A DNA stretch of 64,000 bases, taken from the NCBI RefSeq assembly GCF_006345805.1, contig NC_043008.1, positions 61,566,001-61,630,000 on the forward strand, in the 5' to 3' direction. The position numbers and the translations under genes were made by a program. Position 1 is the stretch's first letter. Each line of letters begins with the position of its first letter. Positions 1 to 13,859 of the stretch are shown piece by piece. This DNA is from Octopus sinensis. Its lineage: Eukaryota. Below the pieces are notes generated by a model, which saw only the letters and a list, made by a program, of their open reading frames with translations, was not told the origin of the DNA and did not search any database.

Positions 1-1243
1 TCTGTAACTACAGGGGTTGATGTTGCTGGCTTTATTTCTTCAATGTCTTTTTAAAGTTTAATTTGCTCTCCTGATTGAAAGAGTTGGATATTAAACGAAG
101 AATATTTAAAATATAACACATTAATTAAGAGTAATAAAAGTCATCCAAATTTGACATATTTATTACATTATTATATTATTTCTGTTATTTTATTTTGCGA
201 TAAGAAGAAATAGTTAAGAAAAGTTCATATAGCTTTCCTTTCCCAGCATAGACCATAGACTGGCGACATTGACGTGGCTTGTAGCCAGGCAGAAGAGCGA
301 ATTCTGCGTTTCAACGAGGCAGAGGTGATCTAAAATTTATACGCCATGGGAATACTAGTCAGCTATTGAATATTTGAAGCTATGAAATTGTAAAACATAA
401 AGAAAAAATCTAGTCCTTCTAAGCTATATATGAACAATTAACACGTATAATTTAGTATATTCTTTTTAAATAATTGTTGAATACATGCAAAAATAGAACA
501 AATATATAGCTCAAATTAAAATGCAATTCTTGTACAATAATTTTTAATTCACTTTTGTTTTCCAGGTGTATGTTATAATGATCGTGTATCCTGATTAGTA
601 TCTTACAAAATATGAAGTTACACATCGAAAATAATTAATTTTTCTAACAGCAATACGTTCGTGAGATGCAGCATATTTATTGCTTAATTTAGCTGTTTGT
701 TTCTACTCGGAACTACAGTATGTACACAATAAATTTGATTCCACGGTGAGCAGTGTGCTGTCCAAAGAAATAATCAAGAGAATTAGGTGTAAAAATAATT
801 AACCTATTCTTAATTCAGTGATCAATAATTTTCAATGTAGAATAGTTTCCTAAAATGATTTAATCTTATAAAAATGTATGCATGATACGCTGCAATTTTC
901 AATTTTGCCTTCGTGTTCGACTTCTTTCGTATGCCATTGCCTTGCGCATATTCTATGACTTTCCAGCTTAAATACAGATATTTTGGCTTATTTCTACGCA
1001 TGCATTATCACTGGTAAATCCACGTGTGTACTGCACTTTCAAAAAGGCGGCTTGAGATGCCTATCACAGATTACGTTTCAGTGCTAAGCTTTAAATGACT
1101 TGATCTATAATAAGTGTTTCGATTTACGTGTAGTTAGCATTGCAGCGTCCGAATATCGAGTGGAATCCAGAGGGTTATATTTAAGATATTTGCCCGTTAG
1201 TATATCCTTCCAACTATTGGAAATTTTTTCTCCCTCTATAAAA

Positions 1244-1250
<7 letters not shown>

Positions 1251-1322
<72 letters not shown>
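1251..1322. repeat. (TA)n microsatellite
   Basis: Pure TA run; source of the YIYIYI ORFs in the track. Confidence 0.95.
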
Positions 1323-1326
<4 letters not shown>

Positions 1327-2908
1327 CACACACTCGATATAAGATAAATCAATGTAATATAACGTCCGTTAGTTATTTCAATTATATACATGGAGAATTA
1401 TTTCAATTATTTTCATAGTATATATTCGCCAAATAAAATATTTCATTGAACATATTTTTCTTTCCACAACGATAGAATTGTACATGTATGAGTTAATACG
1501 CTTTGTATATTTAAGACTTAAGTGAAATCTTTTCTTTTTTAAACCTGTTTTCGAAACCAAGTGAAGTGGTCGTAAGGCTAGCGTAGTGGGATGGTAGTGA
1601 CCAAACCAGGAGGACTGCCACAATGAGATGAAAGAAATATAAATCTAAAGTTATGTAGGAATTTTTGTAAACATGCATCATACTCCTCTATAGAGTAGCT
1701 ACATTCCATTTACCGAAAACAATTTAACCGGGTAAAGGATAACAACATTAGTTGCAAACCTAAATTTTATTAAATTTTCCTTATCAACATCAACAAAAAT
1801 GGGTGTATCACTGATAATGCAATAACTGAGCGATGAAGATCGATCTAAAAGAGACAACCTCATGCTACACATGTAATTTAGTAGGGGTTGTTGTTCAGTA
1901 AACTAATACCTTGAAACCTTAAATTTATTATGAATAAGATATGCATATCCAGAACAAGTTCAATTTTTTACCCTGAATGGAAAGAATATGTGTAAAATAG
2001 CACAAAAATAACTCTAACAAATTTAACGTCTTTCTACAATTTTTAGTGAAAAAGACTCAGTGGTAAAGAAGTACTATATCTATATTTAGTAATTTGATAT
2101 ATCGTATTAAATTATTCAAACAAATTGGTACCAGCCTATATAGTGATTAAATTAGTTTTAAAGGTTTCATCAAGTTGCGAAAGTATCTACGCATAATTAC
2201 TTGAGATATTTACTTTATTGAAGGGGGCATTCATTCAATTGGGTGATAACAAATCACTAGAAATTAATTTTCTTTTCCGTTTTTTTTTAAAACATTGATC
2301 TTCTGTTATCTTATGCGATCATGCAAAATTAATCTCATATCGCAGCTCTTAAGTTCCATATTATTCTTCAATACACAAGTATAAAAGCATTCGACGAACC
2401 ACTTACTGGAGTTTAACCTAAGAAATCTAATAAGCCATATCAAATAAAATACATTTACCTACACACTGTATAAGTGTTCTAGCTTTGATGTTCCCTGATA
2501 TATTTAGTCTCTCCATGAAAACTCTCGTAATTTTATTAATAAGTTGATTTTATGTCATTCATGTACGTATTTTTTTCTTCTCAGCGTCGTTACTTATTTA
2601 ACTGTTGCTCCTAATGAAATGGATGGAATTGTATAAATGTGCACTATGCATATCAGTAGCAAAATGCGTGTTTATACATGCATACATGCATGTAGGAATA
2701 TAGGAGTGTGTATGCACACAAACGCACATAAATACAGACATGTACCCATATATCTACACATACTTATGCAATACTAGTGTGAGGCTAAGATATTGAATAC
2801 GATACCAACTGGTTTGTGTTTCATAGTACTGAGCGGACGCACTGGCATGTGACATCTACTACAGTATTGATGTGACTATAACTTTTTAAGGGAAATTTGG
2901 TGAGTGAA

Positions 2909-2911
<3 letters not shown>

Positions 2912-2983
<72 letters not shown>

Positions 2984-3003
2984 CTAGATAGATAGATAGA
3001 TAT

Positions 3004-3042
<39 letters not shown>

Positions 3043-3046
3043 TATA
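2912..3046. repeat. Compound (TA)n/(TAGA)n microsatellite
   Basis: Directly visible. Confidence 0.95.
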
Positions 3047-3814
3047 TGTATGTATTTACATACACATAAATACATGCATGCATGTATATATCTATATTTA
3101 TCGAGACAAAGAGGAACAGGGAGTGTGAGAGAGGTACTTATGAAAATGAAAATATGTATGTATATAAATATATATAGAGAGAGAGACAGAGAGAAAGAGA
3201 CAGGGGAGAGAGAGAGAGAGAGAGCCATCCTCAACATATATCTCTCCTACAATTCCCACTGGTGTTTTGATAGTATCTCTATTCCATCAGATGCTGTTTT
3301 ATGATTCATATAATCATTGCTGTATGTGTTGAGCGTTTATGTCCAAAACACTAGGCGGTAATTAAATATATTATGTGTTTTTTATTGTAGTAAGCATAAA
3401 CCATTTTTTTTTGTCTTTATCGATTGCTTACATAGGGTTAAGGCAACATATATTAGGTGCTGTAACATCTGTTTAAACAGACTTTACGACATTAATTAGC
3501 TGAAATTCATTTATATGCGCTGCAAATGTAAAAGGACACCTTGTCGTTAAATTCGATTGCCAAACAGAGTATTAAAGAATATGACCTACAAAATAGATTC
3601 TGCCCGTCATTTAAAATCTAATGCCGTTCACTCCATTCTCAGATTGGAAAAGCAACAAAAATTCAGAATATATACTTATTTTGAGATATAGGTATTTACC
3701 ATGGATTTGTGCACGAGTATAATGATATGTGTTTGTGCGTGTGTGTGTATACTTGTGTATATATATATATTATATTATATATATGTGTGTGTGTGTGTGT
3801 GAAATGTAAGTGTG

Positions 3815-4511
3815 TATATCGGTCGTGGAGATGAAGGATTCGTTCAAGTTGATGACTGCTGCTCTGTTTTAGGGTCGCGATGATCCTCGACATGAAGGAT
3901 AGATCATCACTGGAACGCAGACAGATTTCAATGCGATATTCGTTCTGCTCAGTGGTCAGAAGGCGGGGTACAAACTTGGCAGAGACTCATCGCATTTATA
4001 ATTCAGGAATTAGGATTGCCAACACGAACCCATAATACAGACCAACAAACATCAGCATTCACATTGATTGTACTCTAACAATCCTCATGCCCAATATGGC
4101 AATATTTTCTCCATTTATCCGGGGGTGAAGCACGTGGCAGGTCTTCCACATCGCCCATCAACTTCCGGGGAGGTTCTTCCGCTTTTGAAGCGCCCGTGTC
4201 ACTCAAAATATCGCGTACCACACATTGCTTCGTCGCCGTAATCTTGCCGAAGTATGCTCGATGTCTCTGTAGCAGACGTCCCAGGTTTAACGCAAAATTT
4301 AACGTTGGCGCATTATTCCAACTTCCTGGCCAAGACAAAATCGCAGACTACAGAATACACGTGATCACAAAAGCACACGTATCACAACTTTTGAAGTAAA
4401 TGCAGTAGTTGCATCAAGTTCACAGCTAGCTCTCCCTGCGCCCGCAGCCATGTGCTGCCATCTGTTGGTGCGCTACAGAACTAGTCCAAGAATTTTTGAT
4501 ATCACCTCGTA
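3815..4511 (-). mobile_element. Mariner-family transposon relic, 5' half with left TIR
   Basis: Minus strand starts TACGAGGTGATATCAAAAATTC (mariner-like TIR with TA). It translates, with stops and frameshifts, to NVKFCVKPGTSATET..LRQDYGDEAM..FE*HGRFKSGRTS..GRPAT and SAKFVPRLLTTEQ (WVPxxL-type linker), then FMSRII..DPKTEQQSS. Confidence 0.85.
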
Positions 4512-4543
4512 CATATATAGAAACACAGCTCCCCACACATACC

Positions 4544-4860
<317 letters not shown>

Positions 4861-5269
4861 TGTTAATTCATATGCGGAAACTTCTCATTCATAATGGCTG
4901 TATCTGTAATAGTGTTTACATCTTTTAGATGTTGTGTCTTTCGGTCATTTCAAGGTCAAAAACTTCAATATAGTGAAGTTCTTCTACTGAGAAGCCACGC
5001 TTTCAAGTTAATGAAAATGAACAGCTAATGTTTTGTTCTTTTGGTGATTTTATTCAATAACTAATTACATAGTGGTAGCACGTATAATGATTTTTATAGA
5101 AATAAAAATAAGTAATTAACTGAACATATATTTCAATTATAAAAATTAACAAGGATTTGCAATCATTCGTTCCACTTCTCCGTAATAAGTATGTTTAGTT
5201 TAATTTCTGTTGCATTTACACATGAATACTCCCTCATATATCCACCCAGACACATACTATATCTATCTT

Positions 5270-5300
<31 letters not shown>

Positions 5301-5799
5301 CTATCTATCTATATATATATATATAACACATACATATATTTCCATGTATTTATGTATGTAGCTTTAGCTATATATGTATATATATATTTGCATACACATA
5401 CACACACAAACACAGATTCACACACATATATATGCTTATTTTTCTCATATGTAAGTATATTAAACTCTTTTTTTGTTTCGCTTCATTTTGTGTTATTAAT
5501 TAAAATGGTCATTAGTTGGCAATTTTTTTAAAATTTAAATTATGTTTCAATCCAAAAGAGAAACTGGTATTTCACCGCTATGCTTATATGTCTGACTGTA
5601 AAAAAAGTAATTGCTTACGTTGAGGACAAATTTATTTATTAATCAGATAATTAGAAATAACGACCCACCTCAATATACTTATACATACTTGTTCCTTAAT
5701 AACATAGGCTTTCATTAAATGTCTTTCCACTTATAAGAAATTTAGACTCACCGCACATACACACAGACACATGTGTGTATGTATTTATATATATAAACT

Positions 5800-6220
5800 C
5801 TTTTATCCTTATATTTTTTATACGTTTCAGCCCTAAGACTGTGGCCATACTGGTGCACCTCTAGTATAAACACCTTTTCAATAGCCAAACTTATGCGACT
5901 GCCTTTTGTTGAAGGAGGAAGTTTGGTATTGTTGGTATGAAGTTTCAAGCCTTCATATAGATTCATCTGGGACCTTGGATAGCAGGTGATCAAGTAGTGT
6001 CTTTAAAATATCTACCAATATACCATGAAGATCCTTCAGATGTTTTGGCAAGACGTCAAATCAAGATGTCAAATAGCTGTAGACCCCTGACTAACAAACT
6101 ATTGCAGAACGTGGTCCTCACACTAGACGAGATGACAGCGCCTTTGGAACTACGCAGTGACGCCCAATTTAGCTCTCGATATCAAAGTTCCATGTTAGCC
6201 CCTCCATGATCTTCCATAAG
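5800..6220 (-). mobile_element. CR1-group LINE 3' fragment (ORF2 C-terminus and 3' UTR), degenerate
   Basis: Minus-strand translation gives WKIMEGL..NFDIES, GRHCVVPK, RTTFCNSLLVRGLQLF, LPKHLKDLHG..ILKTLLDHLLSKVPDE; followed by the tail GGTGCACCAGTATGGCCACAGTC..CTGAAAC. Confidence 0.7.
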
Positions 6221-6320
6221 TATATTACTTCATACCTCTCCCATATTGTATGAATATATATGTAATAGAAATATTATTTCTAAATCTCTCAAAGAGAGAT
6301 ATAGAGTAACAGCACCATAA

Positions 6321-6760
6321 AGTAAGGACTTTTTATCAATATGATATGGTAGTCCACGGATGGAACGAATGTTACTGTTATTTAGTCCCAGGAAATATGA
6401 TTTCCAGCTGACTATACGACACAAAAAATTCTGTCCTTATATTTTCGAATAGAGGAGATAATACCTCTACCCAACACAAATTCGCATCCACATAACAGTT
6501 TCTGGGTTATTGCTCTTTATCAGCGTGGAGTAGCTTCGTTGACTAGATGCCGTTGCCGAACTGCTGTAGAAGATATATAGATTTCAAAGTGAAACACAAG
6601 CACTGATCTATAATATAGAAATAGGATTATTTCTAAATCTCTCATAATAATTTTTGTGTCGTATAGCCAGCAGGAAACGATGTTTCCTGGGGCTAAATAG
6701 CAGTAACGTTCGTCCCATCCTGAGATTGCTACATTATGTTGGCAAAAATTCATTACTTCC
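6321..6760. repeat. Diverged inverted repeat pair (6321-6430 vs 6648-6757)
   Basis: The reverse complement of the left arm aligns to the right arm at roughly 75-80% identity; the track ORFs MCRIVSWKSYFLGLNNSN (-) and MCRIASRKRCFLGLNSSN (+) reflect this. Confidence 0.8.
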
Positions 6761-7429
6761 CGAGCGTTATACTAATACATCTAATTCATGTTTACACCAC
6801 CTGTCTTCGTCTTTTGATCTATTTATTTATTTATTTATTTTCTAACGAATCCCCTAGTAAACCTTGTAAACATGGTTATAGAGCGTGCATATCGATGTAA
6901 ACACTGGCAGAAACACACTTTTAGTTCATGTAAGTGATATCTATCATTATATATGATTTAAACATTAATGTTCTTCTTACATTTCGCATTCACTAGATAT
7001 ATCCTTTTCCAACTTTACATGGTTTTATTTAAGATACATTAGTTAGATACTTCTCCTTTATTTAGCTTTCCCTTCCTTTATCCCTTCTCTTTCTATAGGC
7101 TAACTTTGACGTTATATCCTACAACGTTTTTTTTTTAAACAAACTTAATAACGTTCAGTTAATCACTGTACATATTAATCCTTTTCTGTTAAAATGTCTT
7201 GTTGATGAGTTTCATTTCTTCATTTCACTGAAGTGGAGATTACATTGTTTTATATCATTTTATTCCTTTCGAATGATACCAGTGATATCTTCGAAACATG
7301 TGCCGGAAGTAAAAGAATTTGAATAAAGCCTGCGTTTAACTCCATTTATTTATTTATATATTCATACATATATGTATGTATATACACATACATATATGTG
7401 AGAGTATAATGGATAAAGCTCCTTCGCGT

Positions 7430-7656
7430 GTTCTATAACTTAAAGGACCAGTTTCCCAGTTTCTGCGGCGTAAATGCAGCCGTAACCCTGGACGGGACTC
7501 TGCTACGTTGCAGGTGTACACAGGTCTGCCAGTTGAACGGACTGGAACAATATGAATTGAAGTGTTTTGCTCAAATTATAGCGTATCGCTCGGTCCAGGA
7601 TTCGGAGCACAATCTTATGATCATGAGTCCAACACCCTAGATACTTAATCACCCTC
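7430..7656 (-). mobile_element. Old tRNA-derived SINE (family E)
   Basis: Minus strand has a degenerate tRNA-like head (TAGGGTGTTGGACTCATGATC..CGAATCCTGGACCG), then TTGAGCAAAACACTT and a 3' part GTCCCGTCCAGGG..GAAACTGGGAAAC. Confidence 0.6.
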
Positions 7657-7667
7657 TTATGTATGTA

Positions 7668-7860
7668 TTGTTTGTTCCTTCTCGAGCCATGCCTGGCTCA
7701 TAAGGACTGTTTTGTTTTTGTTTCCTTGGTGTATAGGTTCACCAGCTGTACGGGACGCCGGGTCGTCGCAGATGAGCTGCAAGATGCAAGATAAAAGAGT
7801 GAGAGAAATTTGTGGCGAAAGAGTCAGCAGAAGTTCGCCATTACCTTCTGCCGGAGCCGC
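7668..7860 (-). mobile_element. 5'-truncated SINE (family D): family C-like body with a different tail
   Basis: Minus strand GGCTCCGGCAGAAGG..CTCTTTCGCCACAAATTTCTCTCACTCTT matches the family C body; tail is CCTTATGAGCCAGGCATGGCTCGAGAAGGAACAAACAA. Confidence 0.7.
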
Positions 7861-7903
7861 TTTGTATGTATATGTGTATATATATATATATATAATATAT
7901 ATA

Positions 7904-7932
<29 letters not shown>

Positions 7933-7935
<3 letters not shown>

Positions 7936-8162
7936 TTCTTTATTGCCCACAAGGGGCTAAACATAGAGGGGACAAACAAGGACAGACAAAGTGATTAAGT
8001 CAATTACATCGACCCCAGTGCGAAACTGGTACTTTATTTATCGACCCCGAAAGGATGAAAGGTAAAGTCGACCTCGGCGGAATTTGAACTCAGAACGTAA
8101 CGACAGACGAAATACCGCTAAGCATTTCGCCCGGCGCGCTAACGAGTCTGCCAACGCCGCCT
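7933..8162 (-). mobile_element. tRNA-derived SINE family A, full-length young copy
   Basis: Minus strand: GGCGGCG..TGGCAGA head, GAGTTCAAATTCC B-box-like motif, central GTCGACTTTACCTTTCATCCTTTCGGGGTCGATAAA..GTACCAG; about 15 related copies in the window. Confidence 0.9.
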
Positions 8163-10036
8163 TATACATGTATATATATGAAGCATTTAAATACGTGGAT
8201 GTTTATGTATATCTACATATTCATATGATATTTCTTAGAAGAATAATCATGTTCTATTCAACATAGAATTTGTCTGACTGACGATGAGATTTCGAACGAG
8301 GTACTCTGCAGTACGTTGTATGTATCTCAAAAGACTAATATCTGTTTTTGTCACAAGAATATACCATTATACATTAAATATATACACACCCACACACGCT
8401 TGCACAAGCACTAACAAATGTTATTTCATTATGAATGTTTTCCATCAACGTTTTTAAATTTTGTTATATAGTCGTAATCAAAACTGTTGATTTACTAATT
8501 AAAGGTGTTCGAATATGTTGTTGTCGTGATCACATCGTCAGTCGACTTTCAATCTTTTAGCTACTGGGCATACATTTTCTACGAGGACAGTAGTCTATTA
8601 GTAATGATCTGTTTTCACTTCTTTCAGAGAGAGACTTTGATGTTTAAGTGTTTTTGTCATTCTGTCAATGAAATTTTAATGTCGAGAAAATCAGATCAGA
8701 ATTTAAGGTACAAAATAAACCTTAAAGTACAAATGCAGAATTATTCATCACCATAACAACCACGACTATTCAGCAAAGAAAGAGAATTTTACACGGTCAC
8801 TCAATTGATTGGAAATATCGAAGAAATCTCATTAAAATTAAACATTAATATCTAAAAAGAATGTGAAGGATATGCGGGAGAGGTTGGAAAACAAAGTGCT
8901 GCTAAAAACTATGCATGAAAAGAAGGCAAAGCGGTAATATCTGTACATCTTTGATGATAGGGCTATTCACTTAAATGTCTACTGCAACCTAAACTACAAC
9001 AATAACCACAACAACAATATCGACAACATCACCGAGTAACTGAAATACAATGCTTTGTTTTATTTTCTCTGAAAACTTTGCTTGGAATACGTTTTGTATG
9101 TGAGGTTTGCGGGAACTGCCAAGTTCAATAGCTCAGAATTATGAGCGGCTTCATCCATTGAAAATTTCAGGTTGTTCTAAAGATCCTGAACATCTTAAAT
9201 CGAATAATATATTGTTAGGTTAGGCCATAAATGCATGGCATTCTACATTTCTTTGTAGTGATCCCTAATTGATCTCTCTTTTCTATAACCCACTTTTTGC
9301 GTATATATGCATATATACTCACACGCATATTTATATGTTGAGGGAGAGCGAGACATATACGTACGTTTATATCCATGTATATAAACACACCTGAACACAG
9401 ACACACGCATATATATTTACATACACACACGCACGCATATACAAACTCACAAATATGTGTGTGTTTGAGTGAGTGCGTGTGTATGCATGTGAGTGTGACT
9501 GTGTGTGTTTCGAGTTAATAATTTACATGAACCCCAGTGCTTGACTGGTACTAATTTTATCGACCCGGCAATAACGAGAGGCAGCAGCTATATGATAGAT
9601 TTTATCATCATCCCAAATATCCATCTCTACACATTAATTTAATATATATATACACATATAACGCTAATAGCGAGGGATTATTATTCAGGGCAAAAGGCAT
9701 CAAAAGCTCTCCGTCGGCACATCAGGCTAACAATATTATTTAGGTTAATGAAGAACCACTGTCATTTTTTAGTTCCCAATTTTGTCCCACCATAAATCCT
9801 AAATTTTAATTTAGAATTTATGGGAACGACTGTCTTTGTAGACTTATATTGTTGTTGAATTTTCGAAGTGAGAATTAGATAGAGAGCCGACAATTGATGA
9901 GGAGTCCTTTCTCTCTGTTAACTTGTCCTGTTCTCCACTCTTTTCGTTGTTTACGTATTGAACTCATTTCCCCCTCCTTTGTTTACGTACTTCATATTAT
10001 TTGCACCGTCGGTGACATCCTGTACCCATATATGCA

Positions 10037-10232
<196 letters not shown>

Positions 10233-12666
10233 TAAACTGTAGGTATGTATTCGATGAGAGGGCTTTGTATCATTTCTATTTATATAGAGACAATGTTTCA
10301 TTAAATCTGAAAATATGTCCGTGGGATAAAGGAATCTGCATGCGAATTATTAGAATGTAACCTATTATATCGTCGATGCATTATGAATAAAACAGCCACA
10401 CTTATTATGGCTGGCAGGATCGTACTACAATTCAGGTTCCAAACTTTCTTAGATCAAATTGTGAATGGGTAGATACATTGTTTACAATAATAGTCTTTAT
10501 GTTTTTAATATATTAAAAGGCTTGATACAGTTTTTAAAATTAAATTTATTCTTATTGTTACTATATATAAAGGGACTTGATCCTGTGTTCTCATTGAGCT
10601 GATATATATTTTTCGAAAAAGCTTTCTCATTTCATAGGACTTTTAGTAAATTACGCCATCTTCGCTTTGAGTGTGTGTGCGTGGGTGTTCGCGTGGTTAT
10701 GTGAGTGCATGCATATGTGTGTGCGTGTGTGTGTCTGTGTGCATGCATGCATTTGTGTGTGTGTCTGTGTGAGTATGCGCGTGAGCGTGCGTATGTGTTC
10801 TTGCGCGTGCGCGCATGTGTATGTGTGCTTGTGCCCATGTATGTGTGTGTATGTGCATGTGTGCGTTCGTGTATGCGTGTATGTGTGCATGTGTGTGTGT
10901 ATTTTGTGAGATGTAATTCTATGCTGGTTTTTTAAATATTTTAAATAACCACTTAGGATCGATTACATTATTCAATGGTATCGTTGTATTTTTGGTTTAG
11001 GTCTTTAAATTGTACTTACAGGTGATGCCAGTGTTAGTCAAGGCAGTGATCGGTAGGGTGATGATGGCATCACTACGGTTGATTGAAATTACATTAATTG
11101 AAAACCTCAGAAACCTATTTTACCCTGATCCCGTATCAGCTGATTTCATCCGAAGTCAATAACTTATATGATGCGTGGTTTCTGTCTATGACAATAATAT
11201 TTAAACCTCATTGTAATAATTATACTAGCTACAGTTTATCAATTACCCCTTCAGATTCGAAGACTTAAATATACATTCGCTATGGTCCTACAGCTTTTAA
11301 CCTTTACAATAGCATGGATAAGAGTCTAAAATAATCTCAGCAATCTCTTTGGATAAATCAAATCGAATTGTATGTAATTCTAGCACATGTTACAAGTAAA
11401 ATTAACTTTTACTGTGAAATGGAATGAGAGGAAAAACGCATATCTTCAATTACACTATCTCGAGTCAGAGACACGGTTTTACTGAGAGATTTGTTTAAAG
11501 AAGCTATTCAGTGCAATGAGACTGCAAGTGCATTATTTAACACATTATAATCTGCTTCAGGTTGAGATACGAAACAAGGGAAGTCTGCCAAGAGAGAAGT
11601 TCAATAATCCTAATGCAACGCAATTATGATGTTCTTAAGTTGAATAGCAGACCATTGAAATATTGCTGGATACCTGATTGAGAGAAAACAATGCATTCAT
11701 CTTGCCTCTAGCGCTTGTTTTCTAAGTTGTGAGAATCTATTGAATTCAGTAATAAAACCAACACATTTCTGATCTTGTATTTCGTTATATGTTTGTTGAC
11801 AGTTTTGTAGTTAAATCATTTCTTCTGCTAATAGATCATTGATGTAATTCTAACAATTCGCGGCATGACGTAATTGCTAATTATATATGTTAATGTTTTA
11901 GTATAGAAAACCTTAAACAAAACGTTAGTGTAATAATACCATTTCATTTCTCTGCGGATTTCTGTTGCGAAACATATTAATAGAACGGATACTAATAAAA
12001 TGCATAACAACAGCATCAACAGCAAAAACAAAGAATGTTAGTAATAATAATGATAGTACAATAATAATGATGTTGCGTTTGCTGCTGCTGATGGTAATGA
12101 TGATGATAATGATGATGGTGGTGGTGGTGGTGGTGGTGGTGGTGGTGGAGACGATGATAATAGTAACATTACAATTGATGATATAATTGGAAAACTACTT
12201 AAATAACTTAATATCGCCATGTTATTTTCATTGATGGTTGTTTGTGAAGGAGTGTGTTAAAACCAAATAGGATTACAGTAACATGTTTCCCACGCCTCGT
12301 AAAAGGAACTGTTGCGTAACTGGGATCATTTATTTTTGACACCAATTTCAGTACGGAGTTTTGAATATCGAATCATATGATTAGATATAATTATATATAA
12401 TTTATTTACGCACTACTACATAATTCTCTAATAATTATGAAATACTTTTCAAAAATTTTACATTATGCTACATCAAGACACACACGCAATACACAAATAT
12501 GTTCCCATATATGAAACATGAATGCTAACATAAGTTGTTTGGTCTGTGCATATGTAGCTATGAATATATGTACATACGTAAATATACATATGCTATATCT
12601 CGGCGTACAAAGAGATATACAACAGCTACTATTATGCTTAGAGCTTACGAAAATTATCATGTTTCT

Positions 12667-13082
12667 TATTTCTTTACTGCCCACAAGGGGCTACACTCAG
12701 AGGGGACAAACAAGGACAGACACACGGATTAAGTCGATTACATCGACCCCGGGGCGTAACTGGTACTTAAAGTATCGACCCTGAAAGGATGAAAGGCAAA
12801 GTCGACATCGACGGAATTTGAACTCAGAACGTAGAAGCAGACGAAATACTTATTTCTTTACTACCCACAAGGGGCTAAACACAGAGGGGACAAACAAGGA
12901 CAGACAAACGGATTAAGTCGATTATATCGACCGCAGTGCGTAACTGGTACTTAACTAATCGACCCCGAAAGGATGAATGGCAAAGTCGACCTCGGCGGAA
13001 TTTGAACCCAGAACGTAGCGGCAGACGAAATACCGCTAAGCATTTCGCCCGGCGTGATAACGTTTCTGCCAGCTCGCCGCCT
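12667..13082 (-). mobile_element. SINE family A head-to-tail dimer (5'-truncated copy 12667-12849 plus full copy 12850-13082)
   Basis: Two successive TATTTCTTTACT.CCCACAAGGGGCTA..GAAATAC units. Confidence 0.9.
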
Positions 13083-13486
13083 TCAAAATTGTCATGTTTC
13101 TGCCTGGTGCCAGTAGTATGGATAACGTAACCACTATACTTTCTCTATTAGTAGGTATGAACTACAGGGTATATGTAGGAGAAGGTAAGATAAACACAAA
13201 TTTACGTTCGGTCAGTTGTTCTCTGTAAATTAATGCAATAAAAAGTGTTCTCTAGTGGTTTACATGTCCTTTAAACGCAAGTGGAACACCCAATGGGAGT
13301 TTCCAAGCAACTGGCAAATGGTAAAAATGTATTTGGGAAGTAATCATATAGAAATACGGTTACTTTTCTTTCAGCGATATCTGTGCAAATATTCTATGAA
13401 ATTGTGTGTGAGAGTACGTATGTAAATGCATGTATGTGTTTGTGTGCGTGCGTGCGTGCGTGTGTGTGTTGAGAGACTGATACTCA

Positions 13487-13836
13487 ATTACCTTCGCCTT
13501 CACTAAGTCGTGTTTGTTTGTGTCTTCCTGGACATGATATCGCAAGAACTGCTGGGTGGATTCGGATGAAACTTTCAGAGATGTTTGGCATTGTGACTAG
13601 CACGAACTGATTAGCGTTTGGGACTCTACTACTACCTGACAAGGATTCTGAATAATTTTTCCTGTTTTCTTTTACTTAATTTTTGAGAGCGGTTGGGTTC
13701 ATTTTTACTATTCTCCTTTGTGAGAGCAGTCGAGTATGTTTCAGATATTCTTATTTTAAAAATCACCTCTGGGTAATCGTTGAGAGGACGTTGGTATTGC
13801 TTTGGCGGAAGTCTGCCCTCTCTGAGTGCTCTTGAT
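13487..13836 (+). mobile_element. Non-autonomous Helentron-associated element (HINE/DINE-1-like)
   Basis: Starts ATTACCTTCGCC, followed by a TGTTTGTTTGTGT tract and ACTGCTGGGTGGATTCGGATGAAACTT; ends TTGGCGGAAGT (subterminal inverted match to the start) plus a short hairpin GCCCTCTCTGAGTGC and a T-rich end. Confidence 0.7.
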
Positions 13837-13859
13837 TTTTTTAATGTTCTTCACTGTTA

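Noticed and set aside
230-600. Possible small exons after the acceptor-like CTTTCCTTTCCCAG (247) and TTTTGTTTTCCAG (565)
   Set aside because: Donor sites are weak, frames are short and no peptide is recognisable; RNA-seq would be needed.
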